The position numbers and the translations under genes were made by a program. From a virus (taxonomy: Duplodnaviria; Caudoviricetes), in the IMG/VR virus record IMGVR_UViG_3300032331_000486, positions 1,022-65,021 of that record: 64,000 bases of DNA; one strand, given 5' to 3'. The stretch's first letter is position 1. Each line of letters begins with the position of its first letter. Of this stretch, positions 9,389-20,708 are shown piece by piece. Below the pieces are notes generated by a model. The model saw nothing but the letters and a program-made list of their open reading frames with translations, ran no database searches and was not told the origin of the DNA.

Positions 9389-10373
9389 ATGTATACCGCT
9401 CAGTCCAATAGAAATGGCAATGTCATTGTCTGTAAAGATGAGACGCCACGCCAGTCTTACGAGATCATTCACACAGGCACCTATCAGGAATGCCTAGAGA
9501 TCAAAGTCCGCTACATGGCTCACATTGAGTCCGCCAAGGCCTTGATTTCAATGCACTTTGGGAGTTACAACAATGTCTGAGACACGCAAGCTCACATTCC
9601 ACGCTGATCCTTCACATGGCTGGCTAGAAGTCCCCGCGACTGATATCCACGCCTTGCACATCATCCCTAGCCATTATTCACATATGCATGGCGATAAAGT
9701 TTACCTCGAAGAAGACTGCGACGCTACCGCCTACCTCGAGCGCGCTAAAGACGCTGGCTGGGTGATCAACATCACTGAGAAATATACCGACCGCGATTCA
9801 GTGATCCGCACATATGACCGCATCACAACCGAGATGTTTTGGGTACTCAACTGGAACACACACGCGCTGGAGGCATCGAATGAAAGCTCTATCTGATCGC
9901 TACATGGTTGTCACTAAATCGATAACCCTTCACCTGACACCAAGTGCATGGCACTTGTACACGAATATGAAGTTCGTCGAGCTGGTGGCTGACTACCTAA
10001 ACAAGCACATCGCTGACGCCTTCAACCAGTGCGACACAATCGAAGAGGCACTCACACAGGCGGAACTAGTTCTCGAGAATGTCTCCGACTTTGGGGCATT
10101 CGACACCGAACCACGCGAAGTTCTGCATTTATTGGCCAGCAAATTCTATGGGGACAAATCATGATCATCACAGGCAAGCAGAATATTGAGCTGTTCAGAC
10201 TCATGACATTGCGCCAAGGGTTAAAGCTCGAGATGAGCGGGCTCAAAGTCTCTCGGGGCGTATCAATACTCAAGATATTGAAAAAGATGGGATACACAGG
10301 CACACGCCAACAAGTGCTCGCCCAGCTGGACGAGATCCACGCGCAAATCCACAGGACAACTGACGAGGCTTGA
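9389..10373 (+). CDS. Four small early hypothetical genes (9389-9580, 9573-9896, 9880-10164, 10161-10373)
   Basis: Consecutive overlapping plus-strand ORFs with RBSs; the second has a DPSHGWLEV motif common in phage and plasmid early proteins. Confidence 0.65.
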
Positions 10374-10405
10374 TTAGCCGAAACTGTCGCGAGACAGTCT
10401 TGTTC
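10354..10405 (+). ncRNA. Type I hammerhead ribozyme
   Basis: Stem I GGACAA/TTGTTC, core CTGACGA, stem II GGCT-TGATT-AGCC, GAAA, stem III CTGTC-GCGA-GACAG, GUC triplet at 10397-10399. Confidence 0.88.
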
Positions 10406-10424
10406 AACAACTGGAGTATTTGAA

Positions 10425-10992
10425 ATGGAATTAAAAATAGTTAGAGGCCTGATACAGGCAATGACATGGATGCTGGTGGGCATGGTGGTGATGGCACGAA
10501 TCTACTGCAACGACCTAGCAATACCCGCGAGCAGTCCCCTCTATATTGGCTGGGACACTGTAGCAATCACAGCTGGCGCGCTGGTGATGTTCCAAGTTTT
10601 GTTGTGGCTTGATCCTTCATTTCAGGAGCAGTCATGATTTACACCGAGCACGACTACTTCAAAGCTGGCTACAAATATGAGCGCGGTCACTCGACTATCG
10701 CGTTCACCATTCGATCCATGCTGGATAAAGAAAAACCGCACGACCGCACAGAGGCACGACGCCTCATCACAGCTGGACGCGCAGAAGCCCTCCTTACACT
10801 CAAATTTAAGAAAGTAGCTTAACCATGCCAACCAAACAAGAAATCCACGAATTTTTACTCGAGCTCCGCGACTCAGGAGAAATCAATATGTTCGGGGCTG
10901 GTTCATACCTCCAAGAGGAATTTGGTATGACACGCTACCAAGCAAAGGACGCGCTACTGGAATGGATGCAATCATTCAGGACGCCAGCCTAA
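10425..10992 (+). CDS. Three small early genes: 10425-10637 (2 TM helices), 10634-10822, 10825-10992 (LRDSGEINMFGA motif)
   Basis: ORF track plus manual translation of 10825-10992 (MPTKQEIHEFLLELRDSGEINMFGAGSYLQEEFG...). Confidence 0.6.
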
Positions 10993-11636
10993 TGCGAGTA
11001 ATCTCGATCAAGACCGCTCAGGCGGTCTGTGGCACCCTCACTCAAACGAGCAAGATGCCATGCAAGTCTTACAGCCTTCCGACCGAGGCCTGTAAGACTG
11101 GCTACAAAATGGCTCAACAAGCTGGCTCAGTGTGCGCCAGCTGTTACGCTGACAAAGGCCTGTACGCGCTTTACGCTAACCGCGTGAAACCCGCCCAGTT
11201 CGCTCGGCTCGACTCTCTCAGCAATCCGCTATGGGTTGAGGCAATCGTTAGCCTGATCGGCTCCGACAAGTTCTTTCGGTGGCATGACGCTGGTGATTTG
11301 GCTGGCCTTTGGCACTTGGAGAAGATCGCTCGCGTTGCCCAGCTGACGCCTAAGACCAAGCACTGGCTACCGACGCGCGAGTACGCTGTAGTTAAAAGCT
11401 ACATCGCGAAGCACGGCTCATTGCCTAAAAACCTGATGGTTCGGCTTTCGGCTATGTTCCCCGACAAAGTGGCACTTGTTCCAGCATCGCTCAAGGGCAT
11501 CAAAAATGTGACTGTCTCGAATGTCCATACTGATAAACCCTTGGGCAAAGAATGCATGGCACCAGCTCAAGGCGGTGAATGCCGAGACTGTCGCGCTTGC
11601 TGGAGCTCGGCTGTCGTCTCTTACAAACTTCACTAG
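10992..11636 (+). CDS. GP88-like Cys-rich protein (possible Fe-S/radical-SAM-related fold)
   Basis: SKMPCKSYSLP..AC...VCASCYA, FRWHDAGD, HWLPTRE, NLMVRLS, C-terminal CxxCxxCW; TAATG coupling at 10990-10994. Confidence 0.7.
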   Translation: MRVISIKTAQAVCGTLTQTSKMPCKSYSLPTEACKTGYKMAQQAGSVCASCYADKGLYALYANRVKPAQFARLDSLSNPLWVEAIVSLIGSDKFFRWHDAGDLAGLWHLEKIARVAQLTPKTKHWLPTREYAVVKSYIAKHGSLPKNLMVRLSAMFPDKVALVPASLKGIKNVTVSNVHTDKPLGKECMAPAQGGECRDCRACWSSAVVSYKLH

Positions 11637-11644
11637 GAAACAGA

Positions 11645-12791
11645 ATGAGTATTTACGCACCTGAACCCAAAAATTACATGGTGGTTTATTGGATAAAAGA
11701 CTGGGGATATCTCCGCAGTGTGGTCAATGCCAAGGACGGCTACGAGGCCTCAACAAAAGTGCTCAAGGGAATCCACGCAAAGTATCCCGACGCTGATGTA
11801 TTCATAACCGAAGTAAAACAAACCAGTCAAAAGGAGACGCCATGAAAAAATACATTGTTATCTGTGGCAATTTGCTCGAGGGGTTTAAATTCCACGGCAC
11901 TTTTGACACAAACGAGGAGGCCTGTGAATGGGGTGAAAAGAACTTCATTTACTCAGGTTTTTTTACAGCTGAAATCAATCAACCAATTGGAGATTAAACA
12001 TGAGATGCGATCACACAAAAGAAGAGAGCTGGTGGGAAAACGACGGACGAGGCATACCGCTAGCGCGCGTTTGCTTTAAGTGCAAAGACAAAGTGCTGTC
12101 CACATACGATCCAAGATTTTTAAGCTATTACACCCAAGCAGACACAGACGAGCGAATCGAGGAGGAGGAATGATGGGAACACTTTTTATACACACCGCAG
12201 AGAGCGCGAAACAAGTCCTAAAAGACTATCGTGATGAAAATATGCACGACACCCTATCGGATGCACTTGACAGCATGGAGGAGTGTTATGACGATTTGGA
12301 CAATGAAGAGCGTAGCGCACTTAATAAGATTCTGAAAAACCCCGCGCTATTGGACTGGGCGCGCAACACAAAGCCACTAGAAATAGAGGATTGGTGCGTT
12401 GTCGTGACATGGTCAGACGGCACAAAGGAATCTAAGACCGATGTTGATTTACCCAAGGGAACAATTGCTTCTTGGGAAATGGAAAGGAATGAATAGCATG
12501 ACACAACTATATGGAGGCTGGTCAAACCACGCCACGCAACACATTTTCTTTAAGCTTTTTGATGGATTTGATCCCTACGACCATTTCCCCGACGATCAGG
12601 CCAATATGCGTGATTGGCTATGGGAAGAGCTAAGAATGTACGCTGAAATTCAAGTGCGTGAATCTACCAAATTCACGAAGAACTTAGCCAATGACCTCGC
12701 GTTGCTGTTTCTCTTGGATGTCAACTGGACAGAGATTGCCAGCCACTTGTACGAAACTTATTCTTTGCAAGAAGATGGGGGCGTTAAGTGA
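11645..12791 (+). CDS. Small early hypothetical genes (11645-11845, 11842-11997, 12000-12173, 12170-12496, 12489-12791)
   Basis: Overlapping start/stop codons with GGAG-type RBSs; some are below the ORF-track cutoff and were translated by hand. Confidence 0.55.
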
Positions 12792-13198
12792 GAAAGCTTT
12801 TTCTAATTGCCTGTTCCGAGTCTAAGTTGAGCTATCCCGCGCGCGCTGTGGATCTGTATCAAGGCCAAGCTTTCAAGCTCGCGGTTAAATCCGCGTTCCG
12901 AGCTGATGCCGACATACTGATTCTCTCTGCCCAGCATGGGGTAGTTCAACCTGACCAAATGCTTGAACCCTACGATTGCTCCCTTTTGCGTCGCTCGACC
13001 AGCTGGCGCGCAGAGTGGGCAAAGACTACAGCCAAACAGCTCTCGAAGTACAAAGACCGCCCGACCACGATTCTTGCGGGCAAATTTTATGCATCGGCTG
13101 CGACTGGTTTTACAAACAAGAGCACACCGCTAGCTGGCTTGGGCATAGGCCAACAGCTTTCGGTGCTATCCAAAATGTCGAAAGGTACCAATGAATAA
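12788..13198 (+). CDS. DUF6884-like protein
   Basis: LIACSESK...AVDLYQGQAF...ILSAQHGVV..D..LEPYD...ILAGKFY...PLAGLGIGQQ pattern. Confidence 0.7.
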   Translation: MRKLFLIACSESKLSYPARAVDLYQGQAFKLAVKSAFRADADILILSAQHGVVQPDQMLEPYDCSLLRRSTSWRAEWAKTTAKQLSKYKDRPTTILAGKFYASAATGFTNKSTPLAGLGIGQQLSVLSKMSKGTNE

Positions 13199-15062
13199 AT
13201 ACAAAATCACGGCCTCCAGCTTGAGTTACTACACGCTCGAGGTTGAGGCTGAATCTGAAGATGAGGCCTTTGCTCTAGGCAAAGAAGCTGATGGCGGTAG
13301 CTTTAAGCCCGATGGTTTAGGCGACTGGGTGATCACTAATGTGGAGCAAACAGCATGATTAGCAACCTAGAAAAAAAACCATACACAGAAGTAATAGCCA
13401 TGTTGGAGCGTCTAGCTAAAGAACATGACCTATTGCTGAGTAGTAATTTAATTGACTTTGCAGATGATTTGTGGGCAATTGCAACGGAAGGAGACAAAAA
13501 GCATGATTGATATTGAAAAAATGACACACGACGAATGGATTGCCCACAGGCGAGCCAAAGTGGATGCGCTTTATGCGTCAGGCAAAAGTCTAGTGCCTGA
13601 TCCTGATTGCAGTTTTTGTGACGCGCATAACGACTATGTGTGTTTTTATTGTGAACTAAATCAAACAGGGGAATGATATGAAATTCACAGTAACAGAGCG
13701 GTACACAAAATCTTACGAGATCGAGGCTGATTCTTTTGAAGATGCAAGAGAAAAAGCAATCGAAGGCGATTTTGAGGGCGAATTTAGATATGAGGAATTG
13801 GCATTCATAACCTCACAAGACGGCAAAAACATTCAATTTTATTCTTGAAAGGAAACAGCATGAAATATTACATTGGTGAGATACATGAGCGTAATGGCGA
13901 TATGGAGTACGACACAAAGTATTTGTTTGCCACTGCGAGTGATCCCAGTGAGCACACCAAAAGGGTGGCTATGAAGTGGCGTGGTGGTGATGAGAGTGAT
14001 TGGGACGAAGACCAAGAGGGTTATTGGTCTGACTGCTCCTTGATATTTAACTCAGGTAGCACAGAAATACCTAAAGAAGATTTTGATGTGTTAAGCAAGT
14101 ATTTATCAGTTCTTTAAGGAGACGCAATGAAAACCATCATTACCATGAGAGCTGACCTAGCCGAAGATGGGCTAGCCGTGCCAGCATCCGCTACTTTTAG
14201 CAATTACGACAGCTTGGACGATCCTGTATTTTTCATCACCGCAGAAGAGCTGGAAGGCGCAACCTATGGCGACGATCCAGCCGAGCCCGACGACCACGCC
14301 TTTTGCTATGTCGAGCTAAAAGATGGGCGCTCGCTGTACTTTATGAGTGTTGATTTGGATTTTGAATACGAAAAGGAGAAAGTATGAAGCTATCAGTAGA
14401 GATGCTCGACAACGATGTCAACAGCGCGATTATCAATATCGGCAAAAACAACGGCTACATCGAGGCGTACATAGATAACAAAGACTTAGTCTTGAATATC
14501 TATGACAAAGAGGGCGAGATTATCTATGGGCGGTTTGTAACGCTGGTAGACCTCAAGGGCAAAGGCTGGACGGCACCAAAATTTGAGTCAGGCGAAGAAG
14601 ATGGTGAGCTCATTGCCCCCTCTATGTTCAACGCAGATGGAGGCAAAAAATAATGAACGAATACATTGTCTATTGGAGGCGCGAAGTGATGTATCGCACT
14701 AAAGTAATCGCAGAAACTGAAGATGAGGCACTCGCTCGCGTTAACAATGGCTTCTCTACCGACTCGCAATATGACGAAGACATTGACGAATATGGCGACA
14801 TGGAAATTGACAATGTTGATTTGATTGAAAAAAATGTGGAGGATCCAGAATGAATCAAGAAGAACGCGAAGCATTTTTGGATGCTTACGAAAACAATGTA
14901 GGGCATTTGCCAAGAAACCTTGTCGAAGACTTTGTTACACGCTACGAGGCGGGCGAAGACATAGACTACAGTAGCGAACACACAGCCACCATGGACGCGC
15001 TGGGTGTGTGGCACGAAGGAGTCAAGTACGCAATCAAGAAGTACGCAATCAAAGCAATCTAG
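13191..15062 (+). CDS. Cluster of about nine small acidic early genes (13191-13358, 13355-13510, 13503-13676, 13678-13848, 13860-14117, 14127-14387, 14384-14653, 14653-14853, 14850-15062)
   Basis: Tightly coupled short ORFs; three carry a related (V/I)xA(E/D)(S/T)x(D/E)(E/D)A motif. Confidence 0.6.
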
Positions 15063-15850
15063 AGAAACTCACGCAGAGACTCGGCAACCTCCACAGTTCC
15101 GAGTCTCTGTTCTGTATCGTTGAAATCCTCACCAGCCTCGCCTAGCCAATAGGTCGAGGCTATTTTTTTGGCACTTCTTACGCCCGTCTCGTCGTTATCC
15201 GCGATAACCAGCGGATTTACCAAGCTCGAGGCTATATCTACCATGTTGTTTGCCGAGAAACACACATGGATTCGAGCTGGAGCGCGCAAATGTTTCATTG
15301 CACGACGCACTGACATCCCTGTCGCCAGCCCCTCGCACACGATATCGCGCCCTTCTTTCCCAATCAGGAGGCTAGCTCCCTTGGTTATCTGTCCTGTCAG
15401 GAATCTCTTAACACCATCTGGGGCTATTAATTGGCAACCTACTAGCAAAGAGCCAACGCGCATCGGCACTACGAGTAACTCTTTCCACACCGATAAGTTC
15501 ATATCGAAGCCCTTCCGAACCATGTAGGGGTGGCGAGACTGGGTGGTTTGGCTGATGATGTAGGCTGCTTTTCGCTTGGCTTTCTCCTGTCGCTCGAGGC
15601 GTTCCTTCTGCAACTGCTGGCGCATGGTTACAGCATGAGGGTCGTAAACATAGTTTGATGTGGACTTGTAGATTTGGTGCTTATCGTGGACTGCAAAGTT
15701 AATCACCGCCCCGCCATGCCCATCGAAGATGTACGCGCCATTCTTCTTTTGCGGGTGGTCTACTGTGCCAACCCTGATCCATTTGTTTAGCTCGAGGCCA
15801 TTTATCAGTAGGCCATGCTCAATTGCGAAGCTCTCAAAGCTCATCTTCAT
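15059..15850 (-). CDS. TOPRIM-domain primase-like protein
   Basis: HPYMVRKG, LVVPM, VCEGLATG, VIADND, EDFND. Confidence 0.85.
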   Translation of the reverse strand: MKMSFESFAIEHGLLINGLELNKWIRVGTVDHPQKKNGAYIFDGHGGAVINFAVHDKHQIYKSTSNYVYDPHAVTMRQQLQKERLERQEKAKRKAAYIISQTTQSRHPYMVRKGFDMNLSVWKELLVVPMRVGSLLVGCQLIAPDGVKRFLTGQITKGASLLIGKEGRDIVCEGLATGMSVRRAMKHLRAPARIHVCFSANNMVDIASSLVNPLVIADNDETGVRSAKKIASTYWLGEAGEDFNDTEQRLGTVEVAESLREFL

Positions 15851-16027
15851 GCTCCAATCTCGCTACTTCCTGTGCAAACTGTTTCAAAGCTATCAAATCA
15901 CCCTCCAGTACATGCTCATCGAAGACAAACTTCTTCAGTCTCACATCGAAGACCATCTTTGTAAGCACCAAGATGCCACAGTCGTAGGCTAAATCTGCCA
16001 GTTCTCTGTTACTCATCTCGGTGGCTT

Positions 16028-17503
16028 TCATACACGCGCCTTTGCTTTTGACCACGCTATATTCCTTGATTTAATGAAGTTGGCGGTGGTAACTGAGGTG
16101 GGACGGGTGGTCTTTTGTAAGCCATTAGGCCAGTAGCCGTACTTCTCTTTGTACTTGAATGCAGCCCATCCATCTTTGTAGTCTCTAGACTTTGCGTAGT
16201 ACAGGAGCTCAGAGTAGAAGTTCTGATTCTCAGCAAGAGCCTGTCTACTGGTCATGCCCAGCTCATGGAGCTCACCAGCTACAGCAATCACTTGCTTGAG
16301 GCGTTTTTCATGCCCACAGAAACCGCAGACATTGCTAAACCAAACCCACAGGGAGCTACAAGCTGGACACTTGGCCGAGGCTTTCTCCTTCTCGGTCAGC
16401 TCCTTCTTGGTCTTCTCCACGCTGTCGTCAAGATCAGTCACGCCTTCACTAAACAGCTTGTCCCAATCGTTGCGAAACCTCAGATAGTTGCCTGAATGGT
16501 CTAGCCAGACGCCAAACTTCTTGCCTTCAAACGGGCGCATGATACGTCCCATCTGTTGGACATGAGAACTAAAGGACTTAGAAAATGGTCTAGCAGAGAC
16601 TCCAATCAGCACATCAGGGACGTCAAAACCTCTAGTTAGTATGTCCGTGGCTATCAGACCATGAATATCGGAATCAGGCTTGCTGAACTCCTCGATAGCG
16701 TCGGCTTTGAACTCGTCGTCCTCTTTATACGAGATAGCTACGAAGTTGAAACCCTGTTCTTTGAATTGACGCTCGAGGTCACGACCATGATCCACACCAG
16801 CACAAAACACCACAGTCTTTTTCGGGCCACCAAAAAGTTGGTTTGTGTTTTTGATCCACTCGCTGACGATATCACCCGTGATTTGCATACCACGCTTGGT
16901 TACCTCTTCTTCTTTCCACTCGCCAAATGCGTTCTTGTCGGCACCCGTCATGTCAATCTCTTTGGCGATAAAGATCTTGAGCGGTGTCAGCCAGCCACTA
17001 TCAATCAGGTCGCCCGTGGACTTGGCTCCAACCACATTTGAGTAAGTGTTACCCAAGCCCTTGGTGAACGGCGTGGCAGTTAAACCGATTACCTTGAGGC
17101 TAGGATTGTTCTTGACATAGTCAATCACGCTTTTGCGCTGGACATGGCACTCATCAATGATCATGAGGTCGATGTCAGGAAAGGTATCGCGCTTCTCCAA
17201 GGTCTGGGCAGAGCAGATTTGGATGCGTTCCATCGGGCGGTAGCGCCAGTGGTCTGATTGCATGACGCCATGGTTGATTCCATAGCGCGCCAGTCGGGTG
17301 CTGGTTTGGTTCACCAGCACGATGCGGTCTAGCACCATGGCTGTCTTCTTGTACTTGGCTGACAGCTCTTTCATGATAGCCATGGCCACCTCGGTCTTGC
17401 CAAATCCTGTAGGCGCGTACAGGAGCTGGCATCTATGTCCGTCGGCAAATCCCTCGTCTATCTTCTGCACCACATCTGTTTGGTGAGGTCTGAGTTCTAA
17501 CAT
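16028..17503 (-). CDS. Superfamily 2 helicase with C-terminal Zn finger
   Basis: APTGFGKT, IIDECH, GLTATP, RGFDVPD, QQMGRIMR, CPAC/CGFCG. Confidence 0.92.
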   Translation of the reverse strand: MLELRPHQTDVVQKIDEGFADGHRCQLLYAPTGFGKTEVAMAIMKELSAKYKKTAMVLDRIVLVNQTSTRLARYGINHGVMQSDHWRYRPMERIQICSAQTLEKRDTFPDIDLMIIDECHVQRKSVIDYVKNNPSLKVIGLTATPFTKGLGNTYSNVVGAKSTGDLIDSGWLTPLKIFIAKEIDMTGADKNAFGEWKEEEVTKRGMQITGDIVSEWIKNTNQLFGGPKKTVVFCAGVDHGRDLERQFKEQGFNFVAISYKEDDEFKADAIEEFSKPDSDIHGLIATDILTRGFDVPDVLIGVSARPFSKSFSSHVQQMGRIMRPFEGKKFGVWLDHSGNYLRFRNDWDKLFSEGVTDLDDSVEKTKKELTEKEKASAKCPACSSLWVWFSNVCGFCGHEKRLKQVIAVAGELHELGMTSRQALAENQNFYSELLYYAKSRDYKDGWAAFKYKEKYGYWPNGLQKTTRPTSVTTANFIKSRNIAWSKAKARV

Positions 17504-17506
17504 CGA

Positions 17507-18328
17507 TTAAGCCTTTTCTGCCTTCTCTGCACGGCGTTTCCAATATGTAACTTGTTTCAGGAGGTCAGCATTCTTTTGCTGGTAGTCGTTCCTCGATGCG
17601 GTAACCGAGCGCAACTGTGCCTCGAGGTTTGAGACTTCTTTACGCAAAGAGCCAAGCGTTGATTCAATCTCTGCCTTGGCCTCTTGGGTAGCTGGAAGCT
17701 GTTTGATCGCCAGCTGGTCTTTGAGCTTAGTGTTCTCTTGCGCCAGCTCTTGATGCTCTGCAGCCATTTCTTTCAGCATATCTTCATTGTGGTCATATGC
17801 TTGAGGCTTTGCTGGCGGAGCTGGTGGAGCTGGAGGAGGCTTAGGAGTCTGGGGCTTACCGCCTTTAGGTGGCTTGGGTGGCTTGGGAGCTTTCTGTAAA
17901 TCAAACTCCTTGCGAAGGCGACCGATGGTCATGTGACTCACATTACAAATCTTGGCTATCTTCCTGTCGTCCATCTCGCATATCTCAGGATCAGTCAAGG
18001 CCGTGATGACTGTATCGCGCTTCTCTTCATTAGTACGAGGCATACCATGGGTGGCATTCGCACCAAGTGAGAAGATGAAAGCGGCGCGTTTTGTGCCATT
18101 TATTTGTTCGCACTCGATCTCTTTGAAGCCAGCCGCCTTGTGTGCGTGATAGCGGTGGAATCCGTCGGCTAGCCAGTAGTGCTTGCCGTCAAAGAAAACA
18201 GTAACAGGAGGCATTTTTACGCCGTCTAACAGAACTTCCGTGTAGTTCCTTACCGCCTCTTCACTAATGCTCTTGCGGGGCTGGGTACCGCCATCCAACC
18301 TGATCTTGCTCAGTTCCAGTTTGATCAT
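17507..18328 (-). CDS. ParB/Srx-like N-terminal domain protein with HTH and coiled coil
   Basis: PPVTVF...LADGFHRYHA; HTH DRKIAKICNVSHMTIGRLR; Pro-rich linker; C-terminal coiled coil. Confidence 0.8.
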   Translation of the reverse strand: MIKLELSKIRLDGGTQPRKSISEEAVRNYTEVLLDGVKMPPVTVFFDGKHYWLADGFHRYHAHKAAGFKEIECEQINGTKRAAFIFSLGANATHGMPRTNEEKRDTVITALTDPEICEMDDRKIAKICNVSHMTIGRLRKEFDLQKAPKPPKPPKGGKPQTPKPPPAPPAPPAKPQAYDHNEDMLKEMAAEHQELAQENTKLKDQLAIKQLPATQEAKAEIESTLGSLRKEVSNLEAQLRSVTASRNDYQQKNADLLKQVTYWKRRAEKAEKA

Positions 18329-20422
18329 TTTCTTTCCTTTAACTTGTTATAAAAGTCTCTTGCCTTGATCCATTTCTGAATCACTTCTGCGCGCTGTGGT
18401 CGGCTCTTTTTGTGCTGTTCCCATGATAGAAATGCGTTAGGAGCTGCATCCCAAGCTGCTTGCCACTTAGCCTCATGAATTCGCAGATTCGCTACTGAGG
18501 CCATGTAGGCGTTGTAGGCTTCATCGATTGCCTGTTTCTTTGTTCTCAATCTTGTCCTCCGCTTTAATGATTGGTGATTGTTTTATTGCTTCGTACTTTG
18601 CTTCTTCAAAGCCTATCTCGTAGCCATGCACGGCCAAAGTAATAGCATTTTGATCAATGCCTGTTATTCGCAAGAGAGATATCCAGTCTTCTTTTTTCAT
18701 TAGTCTTTACTCAACATAAATATCGCTACAGCGACGATTACTACAACGACACCCCCTAAGCACATCAGCATTACTGCCCATGCAATTGTTTCAAGCATCA
18801 TGTTCTCCTAAAGCTTCAAGTCTTTCGTCAATGCGACGCATACGCTGGCGGTTGTACTCGACCACGCTGGTGGCATACTCAAGGGCTTTCTCTGCGTCCA
18901 TCTTGGACAAGTAAGCCTCACGCTTTTCCTTGTTTAAGATCTCTTGCAAGGTTCTCGGTCGCAACATATCTTTGATGAAAGCAATAATCATTTCTCGTTT
19001 AGTCATGCGTTCTTCTCCTTGAGTTTGGCTTCTATGGCATTTGCAAAGTCAACCCAAAACGAATCTATTCTTGAGGTTGCGTTATGCAGTCTTTGGTAAA
19101 CAAAACTTTGCTCATCCCTTGTCAGCCCCACCCAAGGCTTTACATAGGCTTGAATATCGTCGTCATCTTCAATCATGCTTGTCCCCTTGCTCTGATTGCA
19201 TCGCCGTATGTACCACCACCTTCTTTCAGTATGTGGTCTACAAACTTTGCACACGCCTCACGCTCGGCTTCTATCGCTGGCTTAAGCATATCTATCGCTG
19301 TCTCATGCAACTTTTGTTGTATCTCTAACATCTCTGTCAACTTGACGATCAATTTGTCTTGTGGTGGTTCAAAATAAAACCTAACATGATGACCTTCTTT
19401 GTGCGGGTCATTTACTTCAACAAAGTGTTCTGTCCACCTAGCGTCTGTGTATAAAAAGTCAGTCATGTGTTCTTCTCCAACTTAGCCAGTCGGTCACCCA
19501 ACTCGCGTATACATACCCTAGCGATTGCTAGTTCTTCCATCAGCCTACGCACATGGTCTTGATGCGATGCAATCATTCGGTTGTTTGCTGGCACTTCATA
19601 CACGGCGGGTCGGCTTATCTTTTCCTCCCGCGTAGTCTTACGCATAGCCCTGATGTACTCTTGCTTTATGCGAGACTCCATCTCTATGCGGTTGAACTCT
19701 TCGTCTTCTGCTGTCATTCTTGCTCCTTCACAAACATAAGTAATGTGTTGCAGTCCCTAATGATTTCTGTTGCCAATAGCTTGGCATCATTGTGTATACG
19801 CCGATCTTCCTTTACGTTACGGCATCCTTCAATCATCTTTTCCATTGTTTGCTGGACAAGAATCCGTGTGTGATACAGCATTTCTTTGTCTGCTGTCATG
19901 CCTCCCTCACTCTCATCATTGAGTCTGCATATTGATAAGCAACAGTAGCTGCATCATCAATCTCAAACGACTCCGCGTCGTTCATCTCTTTTATAGCCGC
20001 CGGCAAAGCCTGTGCTGCGAAGTAGTCACGCAATGACATACCCGCTTGGATGATCATTCCTGTCTTGTCTTTTGCTACAAATGGAAATGCTGAATTCATG
20101 GTTCGTCCCTTTCAAGTACTTGTTTATGGCCGCATGTGTCGCAGAACCAATAGCTCCAATGCGGTTGTGTTGCTAACTCTCCGTTGCAGACGGGACAAGT
20201 AGGATACTCATCGTCGTCCAGCTCGTTATCAGAATATACCATATGCACCTCATGTAAATGTTGTAAGTCATCTGTGATATCACCAAGTCTGAAACTCCTT
20301 ACCCGTTGACCCTCCCTCCCCAAGGAGGCGGGCCAAGGCTCTTTATCAGCGAGCATTGCCGAGTTTTTAAGTCGACTATCGGACTGCCAATCCGCCTCCC
20401 TTGCATTTTTGGATGCATCCAT
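18325..20422 (-). CDS. Cluster of small hypothetical genes (18325-18549, 18791-19006, 19003-19176, 19173-19466, 19463-19717, 19714-19899, 19896-20099, 20096-20422 and shorter ones)
   Basis: Coupled minus-strand ORFs; common phage motifs WVGLT, EREACA, GMSLRDYFAA and a CxxC zinc ribbon. Confidence 0.6.
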
Positions 20423-20574
20423 GGGGTATGTGTAACAAGTTACATCGCTGTTTATTCTTTTCGATTTCTCTACTCAGAGGCGCGGGTCACGCCGAGGTTC
20501 CGTGTTCTCTTCCGCGCAGCCCATACAGGCTCTTACTAACGTGCGGAGTACGGTTGGCGTAGAAAGTACAGACG

Positions 20575-20702
20575 AAAAAAAGCCGTTTACAACTGCAATT
20601 CCGGTAGCAACCTTAGCAAATATCCCTCCGACCGAGGTTATTTGGTAAGGCGGAATCGCATGTGTAAACGGCCTTCATCTCCTGTCGCTTGCTACGGCAA
20701 CG
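20575..20702 (-). ncRNA. Structured leader RNA / terminator with potential loop-bulge pseudoknot
   Basis: Nested inverted repeats 20582-20672 followed by a U7 tract on the minus strand; 5' hairpin loop is complementary to the 7-nt bulge. Confidence 0.65.
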
Positions 20703-20708
20703 GATCGG

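Noticed and set aside
15024-15053. 15-bp tandem duplication AAGTACGCAATCAA(G/A)
   Set aside because: Single in-frame duplication at a gene end, probably replication slippage
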